Position numbers and translations under genes: made by a program
Assembly: GCF_018350175.1 (NCBI RefSeq)
Contig: NC_058368.1
Span: 154,072,001-154,136,000 of the forward strand
Direction of reading: 5' to 3'
Origin: Felis catus
Taxonomy: Eukaryota
Length of the DNA: 64,000 bases
Notes under the pieces: generated by a model
What the model was told of the DNA's origin: nothing
Databases searched by the model: none
Seen by the model: only the letters and a program-made list of their open reading frames with translations
Part shown: positions 24,101-38,494 of the stretch, piece by piece
Position numbering within the stretch: position 1 is the first letter of the stretch
How the letters are laid out: every line of letters begins with the position of its first letter

Positions 24101-26700
24101 CATCTTGTGTTTTGATCTATTCAGACAATCTCTTTTAACGGGTATACAGTCATCTCCCCCACTTCCCACCCCATCTGTGGGTTTGGTTTCTACATTTTCA
24201 TTTACCTGCAGTTAACTACAGTCTTGAAGCGGTAATTCTTCTTCTGATGTATTGTCAGAAAGACAATTGTAGCCTAACACTACTTCACAATGCCTATGTC
24301 ATTCACCTCACTTCATCTCATCACATAGACATTTCATCATCTTATATCACAAAAAAGGCGAATACAGTATAATAGGGTATTTTGAGAGAAAGAGACACCA
24401 CATTCATATAGCTTTTATTATAGAAAGCTGTAATTTTTATTAGTGACTCTTAATCTCTTACTGTGCCTAATTTATAAATTAAACTTCATCATAGGTATGT
24501 ACGTAGAGGAAAAAACATAGTATATAGAGGGTTCGTTATTGTCTGTTTTTGGGCATCTACTGAGTGTCTTGGCACATATCTCATAGATGAGAGGGACTAC
24601 ATTATTTGACCCTGGATGTTTAAAGTGATTTTTAATTATAAATATGCACCGTGTTTTTTTTTTTTACTGTTTTCTATTTGTGGCCCAAGTTCTTAGTGTC
24701 TTTTAGTCTTTTTCTGCCTTTTGTGTTTTTACTCAGAATTTTTTGTTCCATTTTCTCTTCTTTCTTAGCATATTAGTTATACTTTTTTAAACTTTATTCT
24801 TTTTTAGTGGTTGTGCTAGAATTTGCACTATACATTTAAAAGTAATCCAAGTCCACATTCAAATAACAAACCTCTTAATACAAGTATCTTATAATATTCC
24901 TAATTCATCTTCCCAGTTGCTTTATATTATTGCTGTCCTTCATTTTACTTACCTATAAACATACTTAAGCATGCATAATTGAGTACATTGCTATTAATAC
25001 TCTTTTGAACAGATTGTTATATCAATTAGTAATAAAAATTAGCTTCTATTTTACCTTTACATAATCCTTTTCTTAATGGTTTTCCTTACTTCGTGTAGGT
25101 ATGAGTTTCTGACCTATATTATTTGCCTTCTCTCTAAAGAACTTTTAACTTCTCTTGAAAGGAAGGTTTTACTGGCAATGGATTCCCTCAATTTTTGTTT
25201 CTCCATGAGAGTATGTTTCCTTCTCTTTTGAAGAATAATTCTGCCAGGTACAGAATTCTAGGTATTTCTCTCTTTCTCTCAACACTTTAAATATTTAACT
25301 CTACTCTCTTCTTGCTTGCATGGTTTCTGAATATAAATAGAATACAGTTCTTCCCTTTGCTTCTTGATAGGTATTTTCCTTCTCTGACTTGTTTCAGAAT
25401 TTTTTTCTATCTTTGATTTTTTTCAAGTTTGAAAATAAGACTAAATATAATTTAGGGAGCATTTATCCTTCATAGTGTTTTCTGAGATTTCTGGGTCTAA
25501 GGATTGGTATCTGACATTAATTTGGATACATTTTAGGTCATTTTTGCTTTAAATACTGCTTTTCTTCCTTTCTCTCTGATATTCCCAAGATTTGTAGTTG
25601 TGCCACCATTCTGGGATATTCTGGGTGTTAATGTTTTGTTTTTGCTTTGCTTTTCAGGTTTGGAAGTTGCTATAGAGGAAGTGTAAGGTCATATTCTTTC
25701 TCAACCATTTCCTGTCTACTAATGAGCCTATCAAAGGTATTCTTCATTTCTGTTATCATGTTTTTTTTTTTATCTCTAATATTTCCTTTTGGTTCTTAGA
25801 ATTCCCATTTCTCTGCTTACATTACCCATCTGTTCTTTCATGCTGTCTACTTTATCCATTAAATCCCTTAGCATATTAATCACAGTTGTTTGAAATTCCA
25901 CCCTAATAATTCAACACCCTTGCCATGTCTGATTCTGCTGCTCTGTCTCTTCAAACTGTTTTATAAGCCTTTTAGTATGCTCTGTAACTTTTCTTGTTGA
26001 AATCTAGACTTGATATACTGAGTTAAAGGAACTCATGTGAATAGGTCTTAGTGGTTTGTTGGTAAAGTGTGGGGAAGAGGACACATTTTACAGTCCAATG
26101 ATTAGGTCCACTCAGTAGGTTCTGTACTCATGAACCACGAACTTCATCAGTCCCTCTCTATTTCTCCTTGAGTACTTGCCTTCCCTCAGGTAGGATAGGT
26201 GCTGATAAAACCTCAGAAACTTCAGCTCTGGTAAAATAGATTCTCCTGAGGGAAGGACTGGTTAAGAACAGAATGCTCTGGTGTATTTCAGAATAGTTAC
26301 TTTTCCTTTTCCCCTACGGGATGTATGGGGGATTTTTTTCTGATATTCATCGCAAAAGTTTGGTTAAATTCCCGAAAGTAAAATTCGTAAGAGCCTGGCG
26401 CCCCCTCTGCTCACTATGTGTCCCCTTTGAATTTCTGACTCTGACTTGTCCACATTGAGGATCTAGCAATTGGTCAGCTACAGTTTATGTTTTCCTATTC
26501 TGTTACTGGTTCCTGTTCTAGAGTTTCTACGTCAGTAACTTTGTGTAGTATGTCTGTCTCTCCAACTTTGATGGCATCAGTTAGCCCTGTAACCTCACTT
26601 ATCTGATAGATAGGTGAAAATTTGTTGATGTTTTTCTTTAGCTTTTTACTTAACATGGGAAGGAGTGGCAACTTCTAAGTGCTTTACAATGACAGCCTAG
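21195..26700 (-). mobile_element. Rearranged ancient L1 (L1MC-like) cluster
   Basis: 3' end on minus at 21195-21460, ORF2 piece on plus at 21460-22185 ([12 protein letters not shown]), another L1 5' part on minus at 22186-23470, and EN/ORF1/5' region on minus at 23475-26700. Confidence 0.7.
24147..24602 (+). mobile_element. MER44-type MITE (Tigger7 family, Tc1/mariner) nested in L1
   Basis: Diagnostic gagagaaagagacaccacattcata and aatctcttactgtgcctaatttataaattaaacttcatcataggtatgta. Decayed TIRs cagtcatctcccc / gagggactac. TA on both flanks. Confidence 0.85.
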
Positions 26701-29700
26701 AAATCACAAGCCTCAAAACTACATTTGTTAATGAAACAAAAAAATAGAATTAATGAATGTGTTGATGTGTGAATAAAGATCTCATGTTTTTTGTTCTTGT
26801 AGGTAAATTTGATTGAGTAACCCACCGTTAAAGTTACACTCTGCCCACTGTACATTCCACATGGATTTTCTTGCCTCAATTGTGACCAATTTCATTCTCT
26901 GTCTGAACGAAACTTCTAAACCCATTTGGGTTAACCATTCCAAGTGGAATGCTAAGGACTCTTGATCAAAGTTCTTAGAGTGTCTTCAACCACCTAACTA
27001 TGCCCAATGCACACGTTCTAATTTCATTTCTCATTTGTCTAAATGCATCTCAGATTTTTAAGACCATATGTGATAGGTTTGCAAATTACTTCTATTTTAC
27101 ATACCCTAATGTTGAGCAACCCTTGTCAAGTACATTGATCAAGAAGAGAATGCTAAGTTAGAAGTAAATAGATTTGAATATATTTTGGAACAGCCTATAT
27201 TCACTTCATTAATTTTCACTTAGGGCAAACCATTTTTGCCTCATTGTTTCATGTACAGATTGAGTAGTATTGGCTCATTTGTTAAAATCACCTCAGAGTG
27301 AATTAAAGGTATTTTTACCTCCTTTATTTTCAAGAAGTTGTTAATACTAATCTTGCCACTAAACTATCCCAAAGCCTGGCTGGTAAGTGTTCTGACTGTA
27401 TTTCTGCCCAAGTTTCAAAGCTATTATTAATTTAAAATACTATTTGGGGACAGAACGTAATGATAACATTTAGTTTAACTTACTGAGATTACTTTTATCT
27501 GTGTTCTTTTAAGGCTCTGACTTGCCATGTTGCTTCTCTGAAAAAGGAGACTTTGTTTCATGGTAATTAGTATTTTGTGCATTGATTTCCATTTCAGCAA
27601 ACATTTCTCCTACATAATATATTTTCAAGACATTCTTAGCAATTCTGACTTGTATCTGAATCAAATTAATAAAATTGAATGTGACAGAAGTCAAAGTTAC
27701 TGAGATTTTTTCTCCTTTTTTCATCTGTTGCTGAAAGTTACTACAAAGATAACTATCTGTATTTCCATATCTTGTTAAATCTTAACTTGTGTTTGAAGGT
27801 TAGAATTACAGTGATGCTTTACCAAATGCAATACACTTGTCTTTGTTGTTGATTGTCTCAGCATTTAAATATGACTCTTGGCATCAGTAATAAGATTTTT
27901 GGGACCCTCTGTTAATGTTCAATCATAAAAATAAAGAATGCAGGGGTTTGCCTATTATCAGAAGTTTAGACTCTTGTTCCTTTTTTGTTGTTGTTGTTCA
28001 CATAGCAGCTCTGTTAAGGTGCAGCAGAAGACAAACTTTTGTGTCTTAAACTTGTAAACTTTATGTACATATATTACTCATGAGATTAAAACTCAATTAA
28101 GCAGAAAACCTATTTCTTCAAGCTAATATTTTGTAATATTGAGTGTATATAATGTTGTTTGACATGTAAGTACAATGTAAAAAAGACCTCATTTTTATTA
28201 TAAAAAATAGTCCCTACTGGTAGTCTTACCATATGCGGTCATTAAATCAGATATAAAATTTAGAACGTAGATTTTTTTTTTCTGATACTATTTTTATTGT
28301 ATACCCATATCATTTACCTAAGTGCACTGTTTTGTAGAGTACCGGGTGTTGAATAAAAAATGTTGAATGGTTAACTAACTGGGGTTTAAATAAAAACTTA
28401 AAAGTAATAGGATATTTTCAATACTTTATCTTTTTCCAAAATAAGTTGGCTTTGTGGTTTACACTTCTGGAACTAATGAAAACGTAAATCAAATAATCTG
28501 ATTAGAAGGATTTAAAAAAATAGACAAAGATGTAATATTTCTACTTGTTTAGGGGATTTTTCTGCTTTTTCTTAGGGGAAAAATTCCATTTTAATTTGTC
28601 TGAGCTATCGAGTGGTTATATAGCAGAGGTGATCCTGAAACATTTTTGGTAGATACATTAGGGTACTAGCCAGAAGGAGAGGGCTCTTAAAACAAAAGAA
28701 AAAAAAAAGGAGAGAAAATAATCTTCACAGGTAGGAGGCATACCTGCAGATACACCTTTGATATCTTACCCTTCGTTTCTATATGATTCTTAATTTGCGG
28801 TGGCATTCAGTGTAGGGATACTATATTCTACAAACCTATGGAAGTGCGACTTCTTGTTCCATCTTACTCCACAACCATAATTAATAAAATTTCCTGTGCA
28901 CATTTATTCCCAAACTTACCGTGTAACAACACTTTGGGACAGAATTTGTTTAGTAGATTTTATTTATGTATACAGTCCTTCATGTTTTCTATTTGATTCC
29001 AAAACTGTCTTCCAATGAGTGATCACTAACTGAAAGCACTTTTTTAAATTTAATGAAACTGGTCTCTTTGCATTTGTAGGTTTTAGGTCTGGGTAATACA
29101 TGTAGCTTCAAGAAAATGTAAATACCCCTGTGTCAGTATTTCTAATGACTTAAGACAAAGCTTTCAAATGTTGTTGAACCTGAATAAGGACTTTTTCTTG
29201 TGAACGTTTTTTTTTTAAAGACCTATTAAATATTGATTTTTTTTTGTCTGAACTTAACTTATTTCTATGTACTGAGGATGTATATTCAGCAACTTACTGT
29301 TCCTGTTCCTGTGGATATGTAAGAAATTATCCCCAATCTAATATTGTAAAACTTCCATGCATTATGATGATGACTTGAGTGAGTCATGAAAGGAGAGCCC
29401 GTATAGAGACTACAGGTTATTTCACATGGTTTGTGTCTGGGGCCTTAGCTGAAAGACTCCTAGGCTGAGTGTTAAATTCATCGGAAGGTTGATACATCTG
29501 GTGATTGATACTGTCATTGAGGCCTCTGTTAGGCACAAGATGGCTGTTTCATATCCAGGAATTCTGTAGGTAAGTAAAGTAGAAATCACATAAAAAAGGG
29601 GGACCAAAAGGGGAAATTCTTACATTACAGAATCCAGTAATAAATCACATGGATACTCTAGAAGCAATCTGGAGAAATAAGGATTATTTAGGCACAGAGC

Positions 29701-30435
29701 CTAAATAAAATTGTGGTGTCCTTATTAAGGCAAATTAAAATGTATATTATGTAGGCAGCTCTCCATATCTGTCACTCTGGTTATTCTCTAAGCCTGCCTT
29801 AAAATTCTCATAAAGCTTTGCGCTTTGTTTTCCTATACAGTTTTATCTGCTGCAAAGCTTCTAACTCAATTCCTGCTTTCTAGAGCTAGAGATAATTATA
29901 TTCTAGTCCAAACCATATTTGAAATGAGTTGTTTATCATTCTGTCTGCATTCATCCCATCCTGATGATAAATTTAAATTCAAAGTTATGGTCCCACTTCT
30001 CCTTGTTTTATGGCTGCCAGTCACCAAGATGAAGATGAATATGGGAAAAAAGGGGTAGCTGTGTTCCCTTAATTGTATCACATCATGCAAAGTATTTGAT
30101 TTATTAATTGATAAATGATGATATATTCATATGCTACCTGTAGAATAGTCACATTTTGAAAATGGAAAGTTTTCCTAAGTATCCAGTTTAAGTTCTTATT
30201 ATTTTTTAAAAAAAATGTTAACTTTTCTTTTACAGATATTTACTAAATTAGCAGTTAACCCTAACCAAACTGAGAACCTCTAAATGATTGGGAAAGTGAT
30301 CGGATGGGCAAAACTCATTGTGTTTTTCCAATTCATTCCCTGTCAAATTTTATCTTGTGCTTTGATTTTAAATATAATTGAGTTTTGCTCGTAACTTTCT
30401 TAAAAGAAAATACATAACTAGAAGTAGTTTATGAG

Positions 30436-30676
30436 TTTTATTTTTTCAAATATTTATTCATTTATTTTGAGAAAGAGAGAGCTGGAGGGAGTGGGGGAAG
30501 GGCAAAGAGAGAGACGAAGAGAGAATCCAAAGGAGGCTCCACACTGTCAGCGCAGAGCCCCACACAGGGCTTGAACTCCCAAACCTTGAGATCATGACCT
30601 GAGTCAAATGAGTTGAAGAGTCAAGACCTGAGCCAAAGAGTCGAATGCTTAAGCAATTGAGCCACCCAGTAGCCCC
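30436..30676 (-). mobile_element. CanSINE with a small internal duplication
   Basis: Consensus body. gacctgagYcaaa...gagt occurs twice in 30596-30645. Confidence 0.9.
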
Positions 30677-31708
30677 AGTGTTTTAAAATCCTCTATTTCT
30701 AATATTGAATATAGAAAGTATTACAATGGCTAGACTAAAACCTAGATTAGTGAGTCATTTTTGAGTTTATTGAGATTAGAATCCAAAGTTAAATCAGCGG
30801 AATATACACTGCCAGTTGTCATTTAAATATTTTAAATTGATTTCTTGTTGTTTAATTATTTATTATTTTTTTCTTGTGTTGTAATTGAACAAGTCAGCCG
30901 GCCAAAGTGGTGGGCTGGAGCCAAACCAAAGTCATAATGGCTGAGATCACATTTGGGGATTCAGGGTTTTATTACTTAAACAATAAGAGACTTACCAAGT
31001 GACCATGATTTTCCAGGTGCCGAGTTAAAAACCCTGGAGTGTCTTAAAGTCTAAAGAAAACATGGAGAAGAACAGAATGTTCATAAGTTAAAAACTTATT
31101 AATGTTAAACTTACACACATTATTACTATTTAGATAAGCATTTGCTATGGAAAAAGTGTGACTTTTGCCAGTTGGACACATTGGAACAAACTGAGCAAAA
31201 TGAAATTTGACTGTTAGAAGATAAACAGTAGGAGACAAATTTCTGTGTGTATAAAGTAAGTGACATTATATTAAGAGCATTTTAATTCCTTCTCTTTAGA
31301 GAGTATTTTTGCTTATAGAAGTCTGTAAATGTGAATCTTGGTGGGACTTAGTGGAGGAAATAGAACATTTATAAGAGTTTAGTCAAAGTAGATGGCTAGA
31401 GAGAAGAACAGAGTGGGAAGCTAGAATAACAAATGAGGAAATGAATAGTTTATGGGAGTTTGAGATAAGGACTCGGTTTCTATATTTGACATAGATTATG
31501 AAAAGAGAAAACAAGTTAAAACATCATTTTCCCCATCATTCCATAACCTTAGTTACTTTAATGTTAAAACTACTCTTAAAAATACAACTCATTATTTCAA
31601 ATCAGAAGCTTCATTTTTCATTTCATCTGTCTCCTTAAATTTGTAAATCACATCACAAAATGCCTTTTCCTTTCTTTTTTTAAATTTGGAGCTCAAGTAT
31701 TTTGCCTT

Positions 31709-31784
31709 AAGTTGTAAAGCAAATTGTATAATATACCATTAGAATCAAGTTGTAAAGCAAATTGTATAATATACCATTAGAATC
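31709..31784. repeat. Perfect 2 x 38-bp tandem duplication
   Basis: aagttgtaaagcaaattgtataatataccattagaatc at 31709-31746 and 31747-31784. Confidence 0.97.
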
Positions 31785-33589
31785 TCTTAAAACATCCAGT
31801 TGAAGACCCTTAAGAAATCAAGAAGAATGTGCTAAAGGCCAGTTACTTCTTACTCAAGCCATGTGTTCCAGCCCAGAGAGTCTTCTTGGAGTTAGGGTTC
31901 CAGAGCGTTTTCCTTAAGTCTATTCAGTGCAACTAAACTTCTTCACTACCTAGTTTTTTTTTTTTCCCCTTAAATCTAAAGTCACTTAGACTGACATTGT
32001 CAATACTTTTCTCCTTTTTCTACCCTTCTTCTATGCCATCAGGGTCCATAACCTCTTGGTTATGTCCCTGAGGTGCCCACCTTTATTTGAACCTCCAATG
32101 TTGATTGACCTCCAGTGATCCAGATAACTTTCATTCTACGGCAATTCAGAAGTTAGATGAGGAGTAGGGTGTGGATAAAAGTCGGATCCTGTGTGTGGAG
32201 CATACTTTAATGTATCATGTCTTCACCTTTCCAAGATGGAGTAACGGGCTTACTCTCTCGCTCTCGCTCTTGCTCACTTCCTCTCTTCTGTTCTCTCCCC
32301 TTGGTTTCCTTTCATATAGCCAAATAACCCTTCCATGAGATCACTCAGTTCTTCTTGGAATCTTTCTTAGGCAAGGAAGACTGAAGAAGAATACTTGTCA
32401 AATAATAAACTCAATAACTTTAACTAGCTGCTTTTGGCTAATTTTGACTTAGGCTTTGGTTAAAATATTTTCAACAAAGAGTAAAACATTTTTTTAAGAT
32501 TGACTTTATTAACATTAAGTAGAAATTTCCCCATTCAAGCATTTAACTCTATACTTTTAACTCTGTGTGTTGCTTGGAGATTTTATGGAGTTAATGAACA
32601 CTAATTACTGTATAATTCAGAATTAACCTCAGTGCTAGAATAGATGGTATCCTGGTATAACATATTTTTGCCTTCCTCTTTCCACCTGAAAACGTTAATA
32701 TTTTTTGCTTGATCTGAAGGCTTATACATCTTTTGTGTTTCCTATGAGGAACTCCCTTGTTCATTTTCTCTTGGCTTTTGGATCCCCCAGAGAGATTGTC
32801 TTTTCCCTTGTCTTCTTCAGTCATATCTTCAAATAGGAAATGAAGAATATGTACTCTTGGGGATGAGCGGTTTTCTCAGACTGTTCCTAATAAGTTTGGG
32901 GAACCAAAGTCTGTTTTAAACCCGAGCAGTTTTAGTCTAATTTCATGGTTTCCTTGGCAGTTTATCTCTCTTAAAAACTTAGCAGGCTTTTTATTTGATA
33001 AATATTAGCCCTTAAAAGGATATTTCCTCTGAATTATTGTATCCAATAAGAAGAATTATTATTTAACACAACTGTATCCTAATCTTCTTCCCGAGTCTCC
33101 TTAATTTTTGTAAAATGTTAATAGTAGGTATGAAGACTGTACCTTTAGTTCTCTCTTCATTGAAAAAGCTAGTTTTAATTACCTTTATCACTTAATACAC
33201 TTCTTAGTTTTACCATCCTAGTGTTTGTGATTTCACAGCAGTTGCTACTCCCACATTACAAGTGGTAAAATTTCGTGAATCTCTTTGTTTTCTTCCATTT
33301 TAACTTGCAAATTAGTCAATTCTTAACTTACCAATTTTTGAAATAATACACTGTAAAAAGAAGATAGCATTAATAACTCAGATGAGTGACATTTGGTTTT
33401 TCAAACTCCTTTCCTACTGAATAATAATGATTAGATTCACGGCAGAACATCTAAAAACATTTGTCCTGCAAATAGTAGAAATATTACCATCTTACCAGAT
33501 TGCAATAACCAATGTCTTCTCTACCCTATCACTAAAGCAATGACACATATTTTAGTAATTTGTTTCAGAATTCCTAACTTCAGGGATTA

Positions 33590-34009
33590 ATTTATACATT
33601 AGAATAAGCTGAAAAAACATTGAATAACAAACCACCCTAAAATTTCAGTGACTTAAAAGAATAAAAACTTAATTCTCATTCCTGCAGAGTCCACAGCAAG
33701 CCTGCGTGAGTTTCCGAGGAAACTGTCTTAGAACTAGCAAGTAATCTAGGATGACCTGAGTTCCCACCGTGCTAGATTTTCACTATCTGGAATATGTCTC
33801 CTGAAAGGTTGGCATGAGAAGGAAAGAGAGAGCTAACAGGTCTCACAAAGCGTGATGCACACACCTCTTCCTTTCACAGCCCAGTGGCCAGAACCGATCA
33901 CTCCTAGCATGGCTCTGCCTTTCTGTAAAGAGACAAATAAATGTATCCTTTTTTATGCACCAAAGGAGAGAGGACTCAGATGTGAATGAGCACTGAAATC
34001 TATACCACA
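33590..34009 (-). mobile_element. MaLR solo LTR (old MLT1 type)
   Basis: ataacaaaccaccctaaaatttcagtgacttaaaa...cacagcccagtggccagaac...tctataccaca. Confidence 0.65.
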
Positions 34010-36819
34010 CTCATGTCTTGCCTTTGCAGATTTCTGTTCATTAACCTATGTAAGTGAAAAATCTGTATCCTTCTTAGAAAGCAGGGTCAGAGTATCACTG
34101 TGACTACGTTTTTCTCATGTGAATAAAATTAAAATCTAAGACTGCATTCATATTCATGGCTATTGACTGTGTAGGTTTAGATTATCTTTTTATTTCAGAT
34201 GTTAGTTGCTATCAGTCTATTAAGGCCTTCATAAAATTGACTTGAAATCTAGTGCCTAAAAACTTCAAACTGTGCTACAGTAGAATTTCTTTATGGATTT
34301 ATTTTTGTTGTTGTCGGATTTTGCTGTCTTTGTCCTTTGTTGACCATAATATGGAATATCTTTTATTTCCATAATTTATGAACATAAAGACTCTGTCTCA
34401 CCCACTTACATAAATGGCAGAATTTACTGAGTTAGAGAGGACACAGTGGGCTTATACTGCAACAATACAAACTTTAATTTTAGTCTCTATTTTTAAAAAA
34501 AAAATCACTCTTGACAAACAGTTAGTTGATCTGTTCCTTTTTCTGCTCTTCTATTACAATCATTCCATAACCTCTTTGCTTATCTGAAGAACAGGAACAT
34601 TCTTAAATCTTTGATTTTCTTGTCTGATAAAATTAGCCCTGCAGCATCTAACTCTAGATTTAGGACCATATTAATTCCATTCTCTGGGAATGAGAGCAGA
34701 GTTCCATAGTTTCATTTATACCAGGATAATGACCAATATCTTCTGAAGTTAAGATTCAACCCTCAGCAACTTGATTATTGCCTTCAATTTAGTTGCTAAG
34801 GAAGTCCTCACATACATCTGGCTTCCAGAGTAACAGTGTTTCAATTAAGGATTCGGATAAAAAGCTCTTAGAAGTAGAAATTAGATTTTATTGACTTACT
34901 TTAAAAATTGTTTGTAAAAAACATTTAAATGAATGTAATCAATATCCTGGATCTTATTAATAAGTACCCCTGAATTATAAATAAATTTTGAAGTCATGTG
35001 GTAGAGTTTTTAGGACTTATAAATTCTCAATATATGAGAAAAATCCAAATTAAGACTTTTAAAGGCAAAATCTATTTTCTAATTTGAAAGAAAGAAATGT
35101 TTAAAAGAGACTAATTTTGTAATTTTTAAGATGTATATTTACTTTGGAAGAGACTACCTTAACTTTAAAGATCATTCTTTGTTTGACCCAATGTGACGCA
35201 TCTTAAAATCTATTAAGTTCCAAATTATACAGAAGCAATACATTCTTTTCACGTGACTTTTTAATGGCAAAAATTAGGTCGCATGCTTATATATAAAAGA
35301 TAGCAAAACTTTTAATAAAAGGCATTTCCAGGATCATTTTTAATCAACCTTTATCACCTATTATTCACCCTATTAAAGATGAAAAAGGCAGGGATGACAG
35401 GTATGTCAAGATGAATCCCTCAAAAAGATACATGTCAATGTTTAAATAGAAAATATCAAGGAAATGGTAGATGATAAAAAGTGCATCTTTATTCTTTCCT
35501 TTACACAGAGATTTGATGCAATGAAAGATAATGAGCAATTTCCTAGAACTTTGAGCAGCAATCTAGCGATGAGTTATTAGGTCAGCTTCCCCTTGCTCAA
35601 CAATCTGCTGGCTGGATTGAGACGAGTTCCTAAGAATAGGTTAATGAAGTTTATAAAAACTTCAAAACCTATATAATAAGTAATGAATAATGACATAACA
35701 TGTTGATTTTTTGTGGTTATCTGGAATTATTTCTCTTTTTTCCAAAAACACTGTTTATTTCATCATACAATTACACATTTTCAGACCATAAAAAATCTCT
35801 TTCATTAAACACAAACTGGAATTAGACCATTTGCTTGTAAGTACTTAAACATTTGGTTTGACAGCAGTTTATGACATGAGTATGGACAGATATAGACCCG
35901 ATTTAGGGAGTTTATGCTCTGGGGTAGGCTAGGAATAAAAAGTAGAAGTGTATGCAAAAATTACCTGTTAAATGGTTCTATTGTTCACTATTCAAAATGA
36001 GGATAATAATGATTTCCAGGGAATATATGCTACTGTTTGAAATGTTAAATTTAGTAAAGGTACTATGTAATGGTCTTTCGCCTCAGAAACATTTTGATTC
36101 CTTATTGCCTTAAGGTTTTGACCATTGGCTCAGTGTCCTGCAATAGCTCCTACTGTCTGAAGATCCTGCAATGAATATGAAATTAATTGAGATATTTGGT
36201 ACTTCAGTTAGGTGATTAAATATGACCAAGAATTGGTATCGTGATCTATATTATGTTAAAAAATGTAACCTAGAAAGGATCCTCATCTTACCTCAAAATG
36301 CTATCTTAATTAATTGCAATTTGCATTTCCTGGTAATTTTGTTAAAAGAAGTAATTATATCCCTATAAATATTTTAATACTTCAATATATTTTAAATAGC
36401 TCATCATTAATCAAGAACCCTTAAACAGCATGTAGGGTTTGAGAATAATAAACATACCATAACATATTTTAATACTTTGAGATTTATTTAGTATAAGTGA
36501 ATTTTAGATCCTTTTTATATAGAGGAAGTTGAAAAAACACATACATATATTTTAATTCAAAATAAAAGGCTTCAACTTTTAAAATGTTTTATAAGAAAAC
36601 TGAGATTACAAACGGTATGCAAATTCTTTAAAACTCTTCAGATCTGTAGGGATAATGTTTCAGAAATAAAGATGGGAATGAATAATCTAGCTTACATATG
36701 CAATGATAAATTCTCCTTCAACTCTCTCAAGATTCAAACATTGAACAATTTTTGATTATGTAACTAAGGAAAACATTGTCAGCTATTACCCCACCCAGTG
36801 AATTATAGTAGGATGGAAA

Positions 36820-37170
36820 ATCACGTTGTGAACAACTGCTGCTCACACTCCGCCTAAGAAATCGTGGTAACGTTGTATTGCCACTTTGCCCTCGCCCACC
36901 ATGATTAGCTTTAGTTTATGAGGAAGCGCCTGGGCTGGGCTGCCTTCGGCAGTACCATTCTTGCTGCTCTTGCTGCATCAAGTTTGTTCCTGGCTAAACA
37001 CGCTCTTAGCGGATTAACCTAGAGAAGCTTTCTGCTTTTCTGCCAACCAGGCAAAATAGTGATAAATCCATGAAGCCAGTCAACTTAAAGTGAAGTTGTA
37101 TAAAAAGTTTGAAGACAAACAAGTTTATATTTTATGAAAAGCAATCCACTACTCAGTTTCCAGGTAACTT
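36820..37170 (+). promoter_or_regulatory. Candidate regulatory element / 5' exon
   Basis: 9 CpGs in 36821-37011 of otherwise CpG-poor unique DNA. Acceptor-like ttctgcttttctgccaaccag ending at 37050. Donor-like cag|gtaact at 37163/37164. Confidence 0.35.
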
Positions 37171-37921
37171 GAGCTTTACAATGAAGTAATTCCCATATAA
37201 AAAAAAAAAAAGTTTGCAAAGGTTTATCTTTGAATTTGTTTATTACTACTCTCAACTTTTATAAGTCAAGAATGTTTAACAAATTTTAAATGATAACCAG
37301 TTTTAAGGGTGTCTACCTTTTGAAAATATGTACATTTTAAAATGTGAAAGAGAAAGGGAAGGGAGGTGGGAGGGACAGGCAGCAAATGAGAAATTTCTTC
37401 AATTTTCTTGTAATAGATTAGGTACAAAATTAATATTTTATAAGAACATTGAAGTATCTTCTCCAAAATGATTCAAATACAGAAAGAATATTTGAGATGC
37501 CCATAGCAAATAAGACATTAGTTTTTTCTTTTATATATTTATAGTTTTGAGAAGTAGATATGTCTGTTTCTAGATTTGTTCAGACTTTGAATGCTCATCA
37601 GTGATAGAAATTATTTCAAAGAGAAAATAAGTTTGTTTAAAATAGAGACAAAATGATAGAATCTCTAGAAGTGATTATATTCTGAATTAAATTATCATTA
37701 AGATTTCTAAATGTAAAATTTCAGCCTTAGTGTTAAGATGCAGTAGTAGAAAAAATCCTATGTATTTCATCACTTTAAAAGAAACTTAGGTGACATTTTA
37801 GAAAATGGAATGATGAAGTGTAACTTTAGTTACCCTGAATAAAATAAACTTTACGGAATCTATTATCTTTGGCTATGGATCAAAGAGAGAGAAACAGCAA
37901 CTGTATTGAGAAATTGGGGCC

Positions 37922-37938
37922 TTTTTTTTTTTTTTTTT

Positions 37939-37971
<33 letters not shown>

Positions 37972-38155
37972 TAACAGAGTCAGAAAACATGCATACAAGA
38001 GACAACAGAAGAGGGGCAGGGGCAGGGACAGAGGCAGAGGGAGAGGAAGAGAGGATTTTAAGCAGAATCTGCACACAACTCCAGAATAGTAAGATCATGA
38101 CCTGACCCGAAATCAAGAGTCACAGGTTTAACTAACAGAACCACCCAAGTGCCCC
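37922..38155 (-). mobile_element. CanSINE (older subtype)
   Basis: T tail, (GA)n, gatcatgacctgacccgaaatcaagagtc...ccacccaagtgcccc. Decayed TSD agaaattgRgRcY. Confidence 0.9.
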
Positions 38156-38494
38156 AAGAAATTGAGACTTTTTTAAACATTTTGTGACACAATTGACGAG
38201 AGCAGAGCAAGACTTTTACAGTAGGCAAGAGCAATGCCTCCGTCGTATTGGCAAATTTGCATGGTTGTCATGGCTTGTGCTATGTTCTTTTCATTCATTT
38301 TTTTTTTCTAAAATGGTCAAGATCCCCATGAGAGCAAATGCAAAGCAGGATGTTTGTCATAAAGTGTGTGTGCCTCATAATTGCGATTGAATTTCAAACA
38401 CATGAATTCAGAGTACAGAGAACTAATTTCTCTATTGGATGACTCAGGTGGATTTTATTTATTTTTTTATTTTTATTCATAACATGGATTACTT

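Noticed and set aside
29060..35520. Isolated polypyrimidine-AG acceptors (~29079, 30235, 34198, 35508)
   Set aside because: No matching strong donors or open frames. Expected by chance in T-rich DNA.
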